Below, in pieces: positions 27,515-37,697 of a stretch of DNA of 64,000 bases; the first letter of the stretch is position 1, and each line of letters opens with the position of its first letter. The position numbers and the translations under genes were made by a program. The stretch comes from a bacterium (GTDB lineage Bacteria > Zhuqueibacterota > QNDG01 > DSAB01), in contig JAFGDT010000110.1 in the NCBI GenBank assembly GCA_016931965.1, forward strand, positions 40,377 through 104,376. The letters are read 5' to 3'. The notes beneath the pieces were generated by a model. It had not been told where the DNA came from. It ran no database searches and saw only the letters and a program-made list of their open reading frames with translations.

Positions 27515-30409
27515 ATGGATAATCATAAAAGACTCAATGGGTTTATTGGTTTTGTGGTTACAGTCATTGCTTTTTTAACCTATTTGCGGACGATTGCACC
27601 CACAACTTCATTTTGGGATTGTGGAGAGTTTATTACCTGTTCCTATATTCTGGGAGTGCCCCATCCACCCGGTGCTCCGTTCTATCTGTTGATCGGAAGA
27701 ATTTTTTCGCTCATCCCTTTTGCGGCTGACATTGGTTTTCGCGTTAATCTTATTTCTGCAATCACAAGCACCCTGACGGTTCTCTTTACCTACTTAATTA
27801 TTGTCCGGTTGATCAACATCTGGCGCGGTGAGCCTAAAACCGCCACCGATCGTTTTCTGGTCTATGCGAGTGGTTTTATCGGGTCATTGGCTTTTGCTTT
27901 TACCGATTCACAGTGGTTCAATGCTGTCGAAGCGGAAGTCTATGCCATCAGTATGTTTTTTACTGCCGCTGTTGTCTGGCTGATTCTGGTCTGGATGGAG
28001 AAATCGGACCGTCCCTCGAGTGACCGGTATATTCTCATGATTTCATACTGTGTCGGTCTAGCCATCGCCATTCATTTGCTCAATATACTGGCATTGCCCT
28101 TTGTCTTTTTGATTATTTATTTTCGAAAATGCAAACCCGATTCAATTAAAGAATTTATTCTCCATGGTTTATTGGCCATGGGTTTGTTGGGGATTTCGGT
28201 ATTAATCGGACTGGTTTTCAAGGCACTGTTTGTGGGATTGATTGTCTTCCTGATCGCGCATGGCATTTACCGGCGGGGAAGAATCAGTGAACAAGCCAAG
28301 CGATATACCGAGCTGGCCTTCTTTCTCGGATGCGGAGTGACTATTTTTTACCTGATCTACCCTGGAATCATTCAAGGTGTCCCTTACATTGTGGAAAAAT
28401 GGTCATTCGGATTGTTGGCTTTGTTGGTCATTGGACTGGCGCTGGCGATTCTCTATGCTGTGATACAAAGGAGGAGGTGGACTTCTCTGGCACTGATCTC
28501 ACTTTTTCTCATCCTGTTGGGCTATTCGACATACAGTGTCATTTATATTCGATCAAGTCTGGATCCCCCTATAGATGAAAACAATCCGGATACACCTGAA
28601 AGACTGGTCAGTTATCTGAACCGTGAACAGTATGGAACATGGGGCACGCTGCCCAGGCGTTATCCCGGTATCCCTTTCGATATGATATTTGAGCAGCAAA
28701 ATCCGGGGCAGAGTTATGCGTTTCATGAGTTTGGAAAACAGATGGATTTTTTCTGGAACTTTCAAATGAAAAAATTGTATTGGCGATATTTTGGATGGCA
28801 ATTTATCGGAAAGGGAACAACCCTCGGCACTGATGATTACATTGCCGAGACCATTTCACTCTACGGACTATTTGGACTGCCTTTTCTTATCGGCTTATTT
28901 GGAATGGTGCATCACTTTTCACGCGACTGGAAACGGGCGTTGGCAGTTCTTGTTTTATTTGTCATGACGGGTATCGCTATTGTGGTCTATCTTAACCAGG
29001 AAGATCCCCAACCCAGGGAACGGGACTATGTCTACGTGGGTTCATTTTTCGCTTTTGCACTCTGGATCGGCACAGGAGTGGCCGGTTTGCTGGAATGGAT
29101 AGGCGATTTCCTTCGGGATAAGGCAAAAATCAGATCGGTTGTTCTGATCAGTACATCTGTGCTCTTACTTATTATTCTTCCGATCCGACTGTTTGCTTTT
29201 AATTTCGAGTCACACGACCGTACAGGGAATTATGTAGCCTACGATTATTCATACAACATCCTTCAGAGCTGTGAGCAAAACGCAATCGTTTTTACCAATG
29301 GTGACAACGACACATTTCCTCTCTGGTTTCTCCAGGAAGTGTATGGGATACGAAATGATGTTCGGGTCGTCAATCTGTCTCTTTTAAATACAGCCTGGTA
29401 TATCAAACAGCTGCGGGATCTGGAACCCAAAATTCCCATTCAGCTGAGTGACGCAGCCATCGAAGCATTGTATCCCCGGGCCTGGCAAACAAGGAAAATG
29501 TCTATCCCGGTTCCTGAAGACGTGATGCAGGAAGTGAAAGATAAGATGGAATCGCCCGGTGCAGAGCATGTTTCGGAAAATATTGTTTTTACGGTTGAAC
29601 CGACCTATTCAGTCGGTGGACAGGATGCTATTCTCGTGAAAGATCTGATGATCATCCGCATTCTGGCTGCAACGGAATGGCGACGTCCTGTCTATTTTGC
29701 CATGACTGTGTCCGAAGAGAACAAGATCGGATTGAACGATTATCTGCGCATGGATGGTCTGGCCTTTAAAGTGGTTCCCTATCCTGTTGAAAGTGTTTAC
29801 GCCGAAAGACTCAAAGTCAACCTACTTGAAAAATACCTTTATCGGGGGCTTGACAATTCAACTGTTTATTTCAACACAAACACGGTCAAGCTTCTTCAAA
29901 ACTATCGGTCGACATTTTTGAGCCTCGTTGAATACTATCTGAATCAGGGTCAGAAAGAAGATGCGCAGGTGGTCTTGAAATTTATGTCTGAGAAAATGCC
30001 TCCGCAAGTGATTCCTTACAACGACGAACGCCATGCTTTGGCCATCACGAATTTTTATCAGCGGGCAGATCTCCCCATTGATGGTGAAGAACAACTTAAT
30101 TATGTGATTCGAGGCCGTCAGATGAATCGTGAAGAGCGTTTGACGATAGCCGGTTACTACGCTCAATTTCAATATTGGGATCGGGCTGAAGCGGTTTTCA
30201 GAGATCTGATTAAAGAAAATCCGAATGATGCAGAGGCTTATTCGATACTGGTTGCTATTTTAAAAATGTCCCAGCAATATGATAAGGCTGTTATGGTTTT
30301 AGAAGACTGGGTTGGAAGATATCCGAGGGACAGCATCGCGCTGAGCGAGCTGGAGACCCTGCGAAAAATAGCGATTTCAGATTCGAATGTTTTCGATTTG
30401 AATCCATGA
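27515..30409 (+). CDS. DUF2723 polytopic membrane protein (GT-C-like putative glycosyltransferase) with C-terminal TPR repeats
   Basis: TIAPTTSFWDCGEFITCSYILGVPHPPGAPFY is the DUF2723 hallmark. There are more than 10 predicted TM helices and a C-terminal TPR-like region. Confidence 0.75.
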   Translation: MDNHKRLNGFIGFVVTVIAFLTYLRTIAPTTSFWDCGEFITCSYILGVPHPPGAPFYLLIGRIFSLIPFAADIGFRVNLISAITSTLTVLFTYLIIVRLINIWRGEPKTATDRFLVYASGFIGSLAFAFTDSQWFNAVEAEVYAISMFFTAAVVWLILVWMEKSDRPSSDRYILMISYCVGLAIAIHLLNILALPFVFLIIYFRKCKPDSIKEFILHGLLAMGLLGISVLIGLVFKALFVGLIVFLIAHGIYRRGRISEQAKRYTELAFFLGCGVTIFYLIYPGIIQGVPYIVEKWSFGLLALLVIGLALAILYAVIQRRRWTSLALISLFLILLGYSTYSVIYIRSSLDPPIDENNPDTPERLVSYLNREQYGTWGTLPRRYPGIPFDMIFEQQNPGQSYAFHEFGKQMDFFWNFQMKKLYWRYFGWQFIGKGTTLGTDDYIAETISLYGLFGLPFLIGLFGMVHHFSRDWKRALAVLVLFVMTGIAIVVYLNQEDPQPRERDYVYVGSFFAFALWIGTGVAGLLEWIGDFLRDKAKIRSVVLISTSVLLLIILPIRLFAFNFESHDRTGNYVAYDYSYNILQSCEQNAIVFTNGDNDTFPLWFLQEVYGIRNDVRVVNLSLLNTAWYIKQLRDLEPKIPIQLSDAAIEALYPRAWQTRKMSIPVPEDVMQEVKDKMESPGAEHVSENIVFTVEPTYSVGGQDAILVKDLMIIRILAATEWRRPVYFAMTVSEENKIGLNDYLRMDGLAFKVVPYPVESVYAERLKVNLLEKYLYRGLDNSTVYFNTNTVKLLQNYRSTFLSLVEYYLNQGQKEDAQVVLKFMSEKMPPQVIPYNDERHALAITNFYQRADLPIDGEEQLNYVIRGRQMNREERLTIAGYYAQFQYWDRAEAVFRDLIKENPNDAEAYSILVAILKMSQQYDKAVMVLEDWVGRYPRDSIALSELETLRKIAISDSNVFDLNP

Positions 30410-31377
30410 TCAGCAGAGAGAATGGTTTGATTCGAAGGGTTCTTTTTCAGGCATTCAAAATTATCATCAGCGGAATCCTGATTGGGTATCTGCTCCGTCG
30501 CATCGGTATGGGAAATGTGATCGAGCATCTCCAGTCTGCCGATGTGTCCTGGTTGTGTGGAGCGACGGTTCTTTTTACTGCGAGTCTTTTTATAGGGAGT
30601 TGTCAATGGTGGATCCTTCTTAAAAGTGAAGGCATTGAAATAAACTGGAAAAAGACAGTTTCATTCTATTTTGTCGGTCTTTTTTTTAATAATTTTTTAA
30701 TCAGTGGCCTGGGAGGGGATTTATTCCGTATGATTGACATTAAACGCTATTCAAAGAATGGAACCAGTGCTGTTTCCTCTGTGTTTTTGGATCGGTTTAT
30801 GGGATTATTTGTTCTTTCGGGGATGGCGGTTTTCGCAATACCCTGGATTTTAATACGGGGTGGTAGTTTATTTCAATTGTGGTTCCCTCTTGTATTCCTG
30901 ACCGCGGGATGGATATTGATCCTTCTCTTTTTATTCAACAGCGCATTTGCCGGACTTTTAAAGCGGTTGCTTCAGAAAATCACTCCCAAAAAGATCAGCG
31001 CCCACGTTCAAGAGATCTATCAAAAAATTTGGCAATTCGGGCGCAAAAGACACCTGTTGATTCAAGTGGGTATTCTGTCGATCATCATTCAGAGCGCCAG
31101 AATCATGACCCATTATTGTCTGGGCCGATCGTTGGGGATTATGTTATCACCCCTCTATTTTTTTCTGTTGATTCCCCTCATTGCGGTGATGGCCAGTTTA
31201 CCGGTCAGTGTAGGGGGACTTGGGATCCGTGAACAAAGTGGCGTCGTCCTTTTCGGCTTATTGGGTGTCCATACGATTCAGGCTTTTACCATGGAAGCCC
31301 TTGCTTATCTTTTTGCTGTTGTTTTAAGTCTTCCCGGGGGATTGATTTTTATGGTTCGGAAAAAAGTGGGACGGTGA
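30406..31377 (+). CDS. flippase-like (UPF0104 / lysyl-PG-synthase TM-domain) membrane protein
   Basis: It is polytopic with VGLFFNNFLISGLGGDLFR and SLPVSVGGLGIREQ, typical of PF03706. Confidence 0.65.
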   Translation: MISRENGLIRRVLFQAFKIIISGILIGYLLRRIGMGNVIEHLQSADVSWLCGATVLFTASLFIGSCQWWILLKSEGIEINWKKTVSFYFVGLFFNNFLISGLGGDLFRMIDIKRYSKNGTSAVSSVFLDRFMGLFVLSGMAVFAIPWILIRGGSLFQLWFPLVFLTAGWILILLFLFNSAFAGLLKRLLQKITPKKISAHVQEIYQKIWQFGRKRHLLIQVGILSIIIQSARIMTHYCLGRSLGIMLSPLYFFLLIPLIAVMASLPVSVGGLGIREQSGVVLFGLLGVHTIQAFTMEALAYLFAVVLSLPGGLIFMVRKKVGR

Positions 31378-31415
31378 TGCATGACTGGAAAAAGGAAGAA
31401 AATAGGAGTAGAACA

Positions 31416-32441
31416 ATGAAGTCAATTCGATTATTTATGGTTGTTTCAACTGTTTTTGTGATCGGTTCTTGCAGTTTGAAGCCAAGAAGCTGGTGGACAG
31501 AGGGTGTCATTGGCGTGATAATGGATCAAGAAGAATGGGAAGTGACACAGATACCATTAGAGAGGGTATACGAGCGTGTTGTACGTACTCCTCAAATTGA
31601 AACGATGTTTACAATCAGATATGTGCCTGACTCCGATTTCGAGCGATACACAAGCTATCAGTATCTCATCTTGGCAGCTACTTTGGAATCGCATGGGAGG
31701 GTCGGTCAAATTGTCGAGAGGGTTGTTTCCGATCCTGAAATTCGTCAGGGGGTGGAGGAGGGGGAGTATTATGTCTTTACCCAACGCGACCAGTGGGCGA
31801 AAGATCAATTGATGATCATTCTCGTCGCCAAGGATTTGATCACCCTTCGCGAAAAGATCGAGACCAATGAAGAGTTTCTCTACGCTATTTTTGATGCTGA
31901 TTGGAATGAACAACTCGAGGAAGACATGTTTGCAAGAGGTGAGCAGAAGGATGTCGAAGAAGAGCTCATGGCTATTTATGGTTGGTCTATGCGGATTCAA
32001 CGGGATTATTTTCTTGTTCAGGAACTGCCGGAGGAAGGATTTATCTGGTTTCGTCGAATGTATCCCGAACGCTGGATATTTGTACGCTGGATTGATGGGG
32101 GGGATACGACGTTGTTGGATCCCTATTGGATTGTTAAGGAAAGGAACCGTATTGGTGCTGAGTATTATGGCGGGGATCGGGTAAGAAGCGACCAGTTTTT
32201 ATTTTCTCGCAGGTCCACCTTTTTGGGTCGGAAGGCACAGATCACATCCGGTCTTTGGGAGAATGACGGGAAGGTGGCCGGCGGACCTTTTATCAATTAC
32301 ACCTTCCACGATTCTCTTTCCCGCCGGGTTTATATGATTGATGTGGCTGTTTTTGCTCCGGCCAGGGATAAAATGCCTTATCTTCGTCGTCTTGATGTCC
32401 TGGCTCATACTTTTCACACGGTCTTTGATATGGGAAGGTGA
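31416..32441 (+). CDS. hypothetical lipoprotein (possibly DUF4837-like)
   Basis: MKSIRLFMVVSTVFVIGSC is a lipoprotein signal and AGGAG lies 7 nt upstream. The family assignment is weak. Confidence 0.45.
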   Translation: MKSIRLFMVVSTVFVIGSCSLKPRSWWTEGVIGVIMDQEEWEVTQIPLERVYERVVRTPQIETMFTIRYVPDSDFERYTSYQYLILAATLESHGRVGQIVERVVSDPEIRQGVEEGEYYVFTQRDQWAKDQLMIILVAKDLITLREKIETNEEFLYAIFDADWNEQLEEDMFARGEQKDVEEELMAIYGWSMRIQRDYFLVQELPEEGFIWFRRMYPERWIFVRWIDGGDTTLLDPYWIVKERNRIGAEYYGGDRVRSDQFLFSRRSTFLGRKAQITSGLWENDGKVAGGPFINYTFHDSLSRRVYMIDVAVFAPARDKMPYLRRLDVLAHTFHTVFDMGR

Positions 32442-32503
32442 GCTTGTATAGAGGATGAATCTATCATAACACTGGATCAAAGTTTTTATTAAAAGAGGGA
32501 TAC

Positions 32504-32983
32504 TTGAATATGGCTTTCAATAAGGATGTCAAAGTGGCTGTTTTGATGGGGAGTCAGTCAGATGAGACTGTCATGCAGCATTGTGTTCAACTGCTTCAAT
32601 ATTTTGGCATTCCCCATGAGGTGCATGTGATGTCCGCACATCGTCATCCAGACAAAGTAACAGTGTTTGCTCAATCCATTGATGAGAAAGATATTCATGT
32701 TGTTATTGCGGGTGCGGGTATGGCTGCACATCTTCCCGGTGTATTGGCTTCCCAGACCACAGTACCGGTCATTGGTGTACCTCTGGAGGGATCCTCTTTG
32801 GGAGGGCAGGATGCGCTTTTTTCCATGGTGCAAATGCCTTCGGGAATTCCTGTGGCCACGATGGCTATCGGAAAAACAGGGGCACAAAATGCGGCTATTT
32901 TGGCCGCAGAGATTTTAGCGCTTCGGGATAATGCATTAAAAAAGAAATTGATCGCATTCAGAAAACAGGGGAGTAAAATATAG
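32504..32983 (+). CDS. purE: 5-(carboxyamino)imidazole ribonucleotide mutase
   Basis: VAVLMGSQSD...VIAGAGMAAHLPGVLASQTTVPVIGVP is the canonical PurE sequence. Confidence 0.9.
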   Translation: MNMAFNKDVKVAVLMGSQSDETVMQHCVQLLQYFGIPHEVHVMSAHRHPDKVTVFAQSIDEKDIHVVIAGAGMAAHLPGVLASQTTVPVIGVPLEGSSLGGQDALFSMVQMPSGIPVATMAIGKTGAQNAAILAAEILALRDNALKKKLIAFRKQGSKI

Positions 32984-33025
32984 GGTGTATTGTTCGTACT
33001 ATAAATATCAATCGAGGAATTTGTC

Positions 33026-35098
33026 ATGAATATAGGTTGGGTAAGTAAAATATTGGAGGATTCACAATACAACCTATTAATCTTTAAATATGAAGAAATA
33101 GAAGCCCTTGAAAAAAGGATTATTGTTAAGAATGATAAGCCCTATGTCAATTGTATTATTCGTGAGAAGGAAGTCCATCTGAAACCCGAGGAAATCGTCC
33201 GTCAGCTTTATACTGCTAAGCTCATCAAAGATTACGGTTATCCCAGAAAACGGATACGATTCGAGCATCCTGTCCAGTTTGGGCGGGAAACAAAATCTGC
33301 AGATATCGTCGTGTTTGACAAAGATAGACCAACCGTTGAATATATTATTGTCGAGGTCAAGAAACCGAAGCTCAAGGATGGCAAGGAACAACTGAGATCA
33401 TATTGTAATGCTACCGGAGCACCCATTGGTGTATGGTCAAACGGAGGGCAGATTTCCCATTATAATCGTAAAGATCCGAATTTTTTCGAGGACATCACCG
33501 ACATCCCTAAAGCAGATCAGACTTTTGAAGACATTCTGAAAGAACGTTTTACGCTGCGCGACTTGATCATTCGCGATAAAATCCCCAATGAAGGCAAATC
33601 TCTTAAGACCATTATTACCGAAATGGAAGATGAGGTTCTCGCAAATGCCGGTGTTGATGTTTTTGAAGAGGTTTTCAAACTTATATTTGCTAAACTATAT
33701 GACGAACAAAAAAGTCAACAGGACAAGAGCGTTATCAATTATTTTCTGCGTAATAAGGAACTGCCGCAGGTATCTGAACGACAAGCTTTTTATAGTGCCA
33801 AAAACAACGATACGTTTGATTCGATCAAGGAAGCGCTGCAAAAAATAGACGATTCCGGTTTCAGAGTTCTTGAATTCCGTAACACCGGCCAATCCGAGGG
33901 CGAGTTAAAGAAGAAGATACAGAAACTTTTTGACGATGCTAAAAATAAATGGCCGGGCGTTTTCCCTGATGAAAGTAAAATTGATCTTTCACCTTCGCAC
34001 CTTTCCGTTTGTATTTCAAGCCTTCAGGATGTCAAACTTTTCAATTCCAATCTGCAGGTTATAGACGAAGCTTTTGAATATCTGGTAAACAAGTCCTCTA
34101 AGGGAGAAAAGGGCCAATATTTCACTCCTCGGCATGTGATCGATATGTGCGTCAAGATGCTTAATCCCAAGCGGGGTGAATATATGATCGACACCGCCGC
34201 CGGTTCCTGTGGATTCACTGTTCATACGATCTTTCACCGTACAGGGCACTTATTTGAAAATACAGAAATTTCTCAGGAAGAAAAAGAGGATGTCCTCAAA
34301 GTTTTCGGCATTGATTTTGATGAAAAGGTCGTGCGTGTGGCTCGGACACTCAACTTGATCGCAGGCGATGGTGAAACAAACATTTTGCATCTTAATACAC
34401 TGGATTATGACCGCTGGGATGAAATCGTTAATAACCCGGATTGGCGGGACACTTACGGAAGTGGTTTTAGACGCTTGGAAGCCCTCAAAAAAGAGACTAA
34501 TGGCCATAAAGAATTTCTCTTTGATATTTTGATGGCCAATCCACCATTTGCAGGGGATATTAAAGAATCCCGCATCATCCATAAATATGAGCTCGGCTAT
34601 AACAAGAAGAACAAGCCAAAGTCAAAGGTCGGCAGGGATATTCTCTTTATCGAACGAAACCTTGATTTCATCAAGCCGGGTGGCAGGATGGCAATCGTAT
34701 TGCCTCAAGGGTGATTCAACAATACATCCGATAAGGACATCCGGGAATTTGTTGCGGGTAAGGCGCGCATTTTGGCAGTTGTCGGCCTGCAGGGCAACAC
34801 CTTTAAACCCCACACAGGCACCAAAACAAGTGTCTTATTCCTGCAAAAATGGGACAAAAAACTTTGCCCAAAGAAAGATGATTATCCTATCTTTTTTGCG
34901 GTATCAGAGAAATCAGGCAAGGATAATTCAGGCGAATACGTCTACGTTAAAAATGGTGAGGGCAAGCCAAAGCTGGATTACTACGGTCATTTTATCGTTG
35001 ATCACGATCTGCACAATCAAGGCGGCGCATTACCGGATGGTATTGCCGAAGCATTCATTGACTGGGCGAAGAAAGAGAAATTGAGCTTTTGGAAATAA
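33026..35098 (+). pseudogene. hsdM: Type I RM methyltransferase subunit HsdM interrupted by an in-frame TGA at 34712-34714
   Basis: It has motif I DTAAGSCGFTV and motif IV ILMANPPFAG. The frame reads ...AIVLPQG*FNNTSDKDIREFVAGKARILAVVGLQGNTF..., so the C-terminal ~128 aa continue in the same frame after the stop. TGA is used as a genuine stop elsewhere, for example at the mutS end. Confidence 0.6.
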
Positions 35099-35101
35099 CA
35101 T

Positions 35102-36529
35102 ATGCAAATATCTTGTGTTAATTACAAGAAATTAGATCAAGGGACACGGCTTGATGCAGAGTATTACAAGCCAGAGTTCTTAGAAGTCGAAAAAATACTA
35201 TGGAAAGCTAACTGTAAACTGTTAGACGATGTGAGCAAGTCGATCAAAAGTTTTGGAGCATATGCATTGTGCAACAAGATGGTTTTAGTTGCTAAAGGGA
35301 TTCCCTTTATACGATGTAAGGATATCAAAAAAGGTTTTGTTGATTTTTCAGAAGTACTTTTCATTGATGAGGCAACACACTGCCTTCTTTCAAAATCAGC
35401 GATTACTCCTAATATCGTTATGCTCACTATGTCTGGGTCAGTAGGTAATTCTGCAATTGCTGATCCAACTTGGAAATATCCAATAAATTCAAATCAAGAC
35501 ATTGCGAAGATAGAAACGGATGATTTAATAAATCCATACTATTTAACTGTTTTTTTCAATACAAAATATGGGAAAAGCCAAACAGAAAGATTGCCCATTG
35601 GTAGTATTCAACAACATATTTTTTTATGGCAGTTGAAAGGACTTCTAATTTTTACACCATCATCCAAATTACAAGGATTAATAGCTGGCATTTATTGCAA
35701 AGTTATTAAATTATTAAAAGATAGCGATTTCTTTTATCAAAAAGCAGAGCAAATCCTACTTTTCGAGCTTGGCCTTCTGAACTGGAAGCCAAAGCGAAGA
35801 CTTTCATTTGTCAAGAATTTCTCCGAAACGCAGACCGGCGGACGCATTGACGCCGAATACTTCCAACCGATGTATGAGGAAATCGTCGACAAGATATCAA
35901 AACGATTTAATGCTAAGCCGATTGGTGAATATAATTTTATCGATGTCACAACAGGACAATATTCGGATAATTATACTGAAAAGTTGTCTGGTTTGCCATA
36001 TATAAGAGGCACAGATTTACTTTCTGGTACTGTGAAAATGGACAATCTTGTTTATATTGCAAAAGAGCACCAAGAAAAAAGCAAGCTTGCGAGAGAAGGC
36101 GATGTTGTTGTCACACGGGTAGGAACTATTGGTTTATCAGCAAGGATTCCAAAAGAATGTGAAGGCGGTACTATTAGTGATAATCTCATTAGACTAAGAA
36201 TTAAAGATGATGGATTGGACACCTATTTTCTTGCTTTATTTCTTGATAGTATCTTGGGCAGAAGTTTAATGATACGATACAGCAGAGGAAGTGTTCAGCA
36301 ACGTTTAAATCAGGAAACTTTAAAGGAAATCATCATCCCGATTTTAGACAGAAATATTCAAGCAAACATTGCTTTGGAAGTTAAAGATTCTCATAAGCTA
36401 AGGGAACAGTCAAGGTGTCTGTTAGACATTGCCAAGCGTGGCGTTGAGATGGCGATCGAGAAGAGTGAAAAAGACGCTCAAAATTGGATCGATGAAGAAT
36501 TGAGGAAGTTAAACTTCCGTGTGGATTAG
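35102..36529 (+). CDS. hsdS: Type I RM specificity subunit HsdS (two TRDs)
   Basis: The 475-aa protein has two target-recognition domains separated by a conserved central region and a C-terminal coiled coil (QNWIDEELRKL). Confidence 0.85.
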   Translation: MQISCVNYKKLDQGTRLDAEYYKPEFLEVEKILWKANCKLLDDVSKSIKSFGAYALCNKMVLVAKGIPFIRCKDIKKGFVDFSEVLFIDEATHCLLSKSAITPNIVMLTMSGSVGNSAIADPTWKYPINSNQDIAKIETDDLINPYYLTVFFNTKYGKSQTERLPIGSIQQHIFLWQLKGLLIFTPSSKLQGLIAGIYCKVIKLLKDSDFFYQKAEQILLFELGLLNWKPKRRLSFVKNFSETQTGGRIDAEYFQPMYEEIVDKISKRFNAKPIGEYNFIDVTTGQYSDNYTEKLSGLPYIRGTDLLSGTVKMDNLVYIAKEHQEKSKLAREGDVVVTRVGTIGLSARIPKECEGGTISDNLIRLRIKDDGLDTYFLALFLDSILGRSLMIRYSRGSVQQRLNQETLKEIIIPILDRNIQANIALEVKDSHKLREQSRCLLDIAKRGVEMAIEKSEKDAQNWIDEELRKLNFRVD

Positions 36530-36540
36530 AGAGGCAATCG

Positions 36541-37590
36541 ATGCCATTTAACCCGAAATATATCATTACCCCGAAGATCAATAAGGCGCTCATTGAGATC
36601 GAGCGGGTGCGGGGATTTCTGGATGCGATAAAGCTTAAGGATGACTGGATTTCCGATATGCAGAAAAAAGCGCTTATCCTTGAGTCGCACCACTCTACGC
36701 ATATTGAAGGTACAGCAATATCACTTTCTCAGGCACAGGATATTTTAGCGGGTAAAAAGGTTAAAGGCATCAGTCGTGACGATGAAAAAGAGCTTTTGAA
36801 TTACAAGAAGGCGATGGGTTTTATCTCAAAATATCTTGGCAAGGATGATCCGGTTTCGGAAGACATTATCCAAGAGCTTCACAGGATTCTGGTTAAAGGC
36901 GTCCGGGGCGAGAATGCAGGTCCGGGCAATTACCGAAAGATACAAAACTACGTCGTCAATTCCCGGACTCGTGAGGTCGTTTATACTCCGCCTCCCGCTT
37001 TAGAGGTCCCACATCTTATGCAAGAGTTTACGGAATGGATTAACAAGGCCGAGGATGTGTCGCCTATCCTTGTTGCCGCTATTGCCCAATTTCAGTTCGT
37101 GCATATTCATCCATTTATTGACGGTAACGGCAGGATGGCCCGGCTTCTTTCAACGCTTATTCTCTATAAGACAGGTTATGATTTTAAGCGGTTATTTACA
37201 ATCTCTGAATACTACGACAAAGACCGCTCAGCGTATTATGACGCTATTCAGTCAGTGCGTAAGAACAAGATGGATATGACCGGATGGCTTGAATATTTTG
37301 TTGATGGACTTCGTTCTCAGATGAAAGAGATACAGAATAAAGGAAAAGAGATCATTAAGAAAGATACAGCTTTGCAGAAAATAAAGAAAGCAGGATTTAA
37401 CGTTCGTCAGGAAAAAGCGATTAAGTTCATTTTACAGAATGGAAAAATAACAGTAAATGATTATCAGGCAGTTGCCTCATGTATTCGCAGGACAGCTCAG
37501 CGGGATTTGGATGATTTGCTTGAAAAGAAGGTCATAAAAGCGGTCGCCAAAAGCCCTACCGATCCGACAAAACATTATGTTTTACTGTGA
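36541..37590 (+). CDS. Fic/DOC family protein (putative AMPylator) with a C-terminal winged-helix domain
   Basis: HPFIDGNGRMARLL is the canonical HPFx[DE]GNGR Fic motif. The gene starts 11 nt after the hsdS stop. Confidence 0.9.
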   Translation: MPFNPKYIITPKINKALIEIERVRGFLDAIKLKDDWISDMQKKALILESHHSTHIEGTAISLSQAQDILAGKKVKGISRDDEKELLNYKKAMGFISKYLGKDDPVSEDIIQELHRILVKGVRGENAGPGNYRKIQNYVVNSRTREVVYTPPPALEVPHLMQEFTEWINKAEDVSPILVAAIAQFQFVHIHPFIDGNGRMARLLSTLILYKTGYDFKRLFTISEYYDKDRSAYYDAIQSVRKNKMDMTGWLEYFVDGLRSQMKEIQNKGKEIIKKDTALQKIKKAGFNVRQEKAIKFILQNGKITVNDYQAVASCIRRTAQRDLDDLLEKKVIKAVAKSPTDPTKHYVLL

Positions 37591-37628
37591 CAAGCTACTG
37601 TGACATACTGTGACATTTTACTGTGACA
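37584..37628 (+). repeat. four direct copies of ACTGTGACA at 10-13 bp spacing
   Basis: Copies lie at 37584-37592, 37597-37605, 37607-37615 and 37620-37628. The first overlaps the Fic stop codon and the fourth begins the hsdS stub. Confidence 0.8.
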
Positions 37629-37671
37629 AGGCGAAGAACCTAAAAACTGGATTGATGAGGAATTAAAATAA
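37622..37671 (+). pseudogene. orphan duplicate of the hsdS 3' terminus
   Basis: ...GAACCTAAAAACTGGATTGATGAGGAATTAAAATAA reads EPKNWIDEELK*. The real hsdS end (36470-36531) reads DAQNWIDEELRKLNFRVD*. Confidence 0.6.
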
Positions 37672-37697
37672 TTAGGAATTAAACAACTATCAACTGT

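Noticed and set aside
34712-34714. Recoding of the in-frame TGA in hsdM as selenocysteine, or as Gly/Trp under an alternative genetic code
   Set aside because: TGA terminates mutS (16286-16288) and other genes in this window, and no SECIS-like hairpin follows, so I treat it as a nonsense mutation or a read error.
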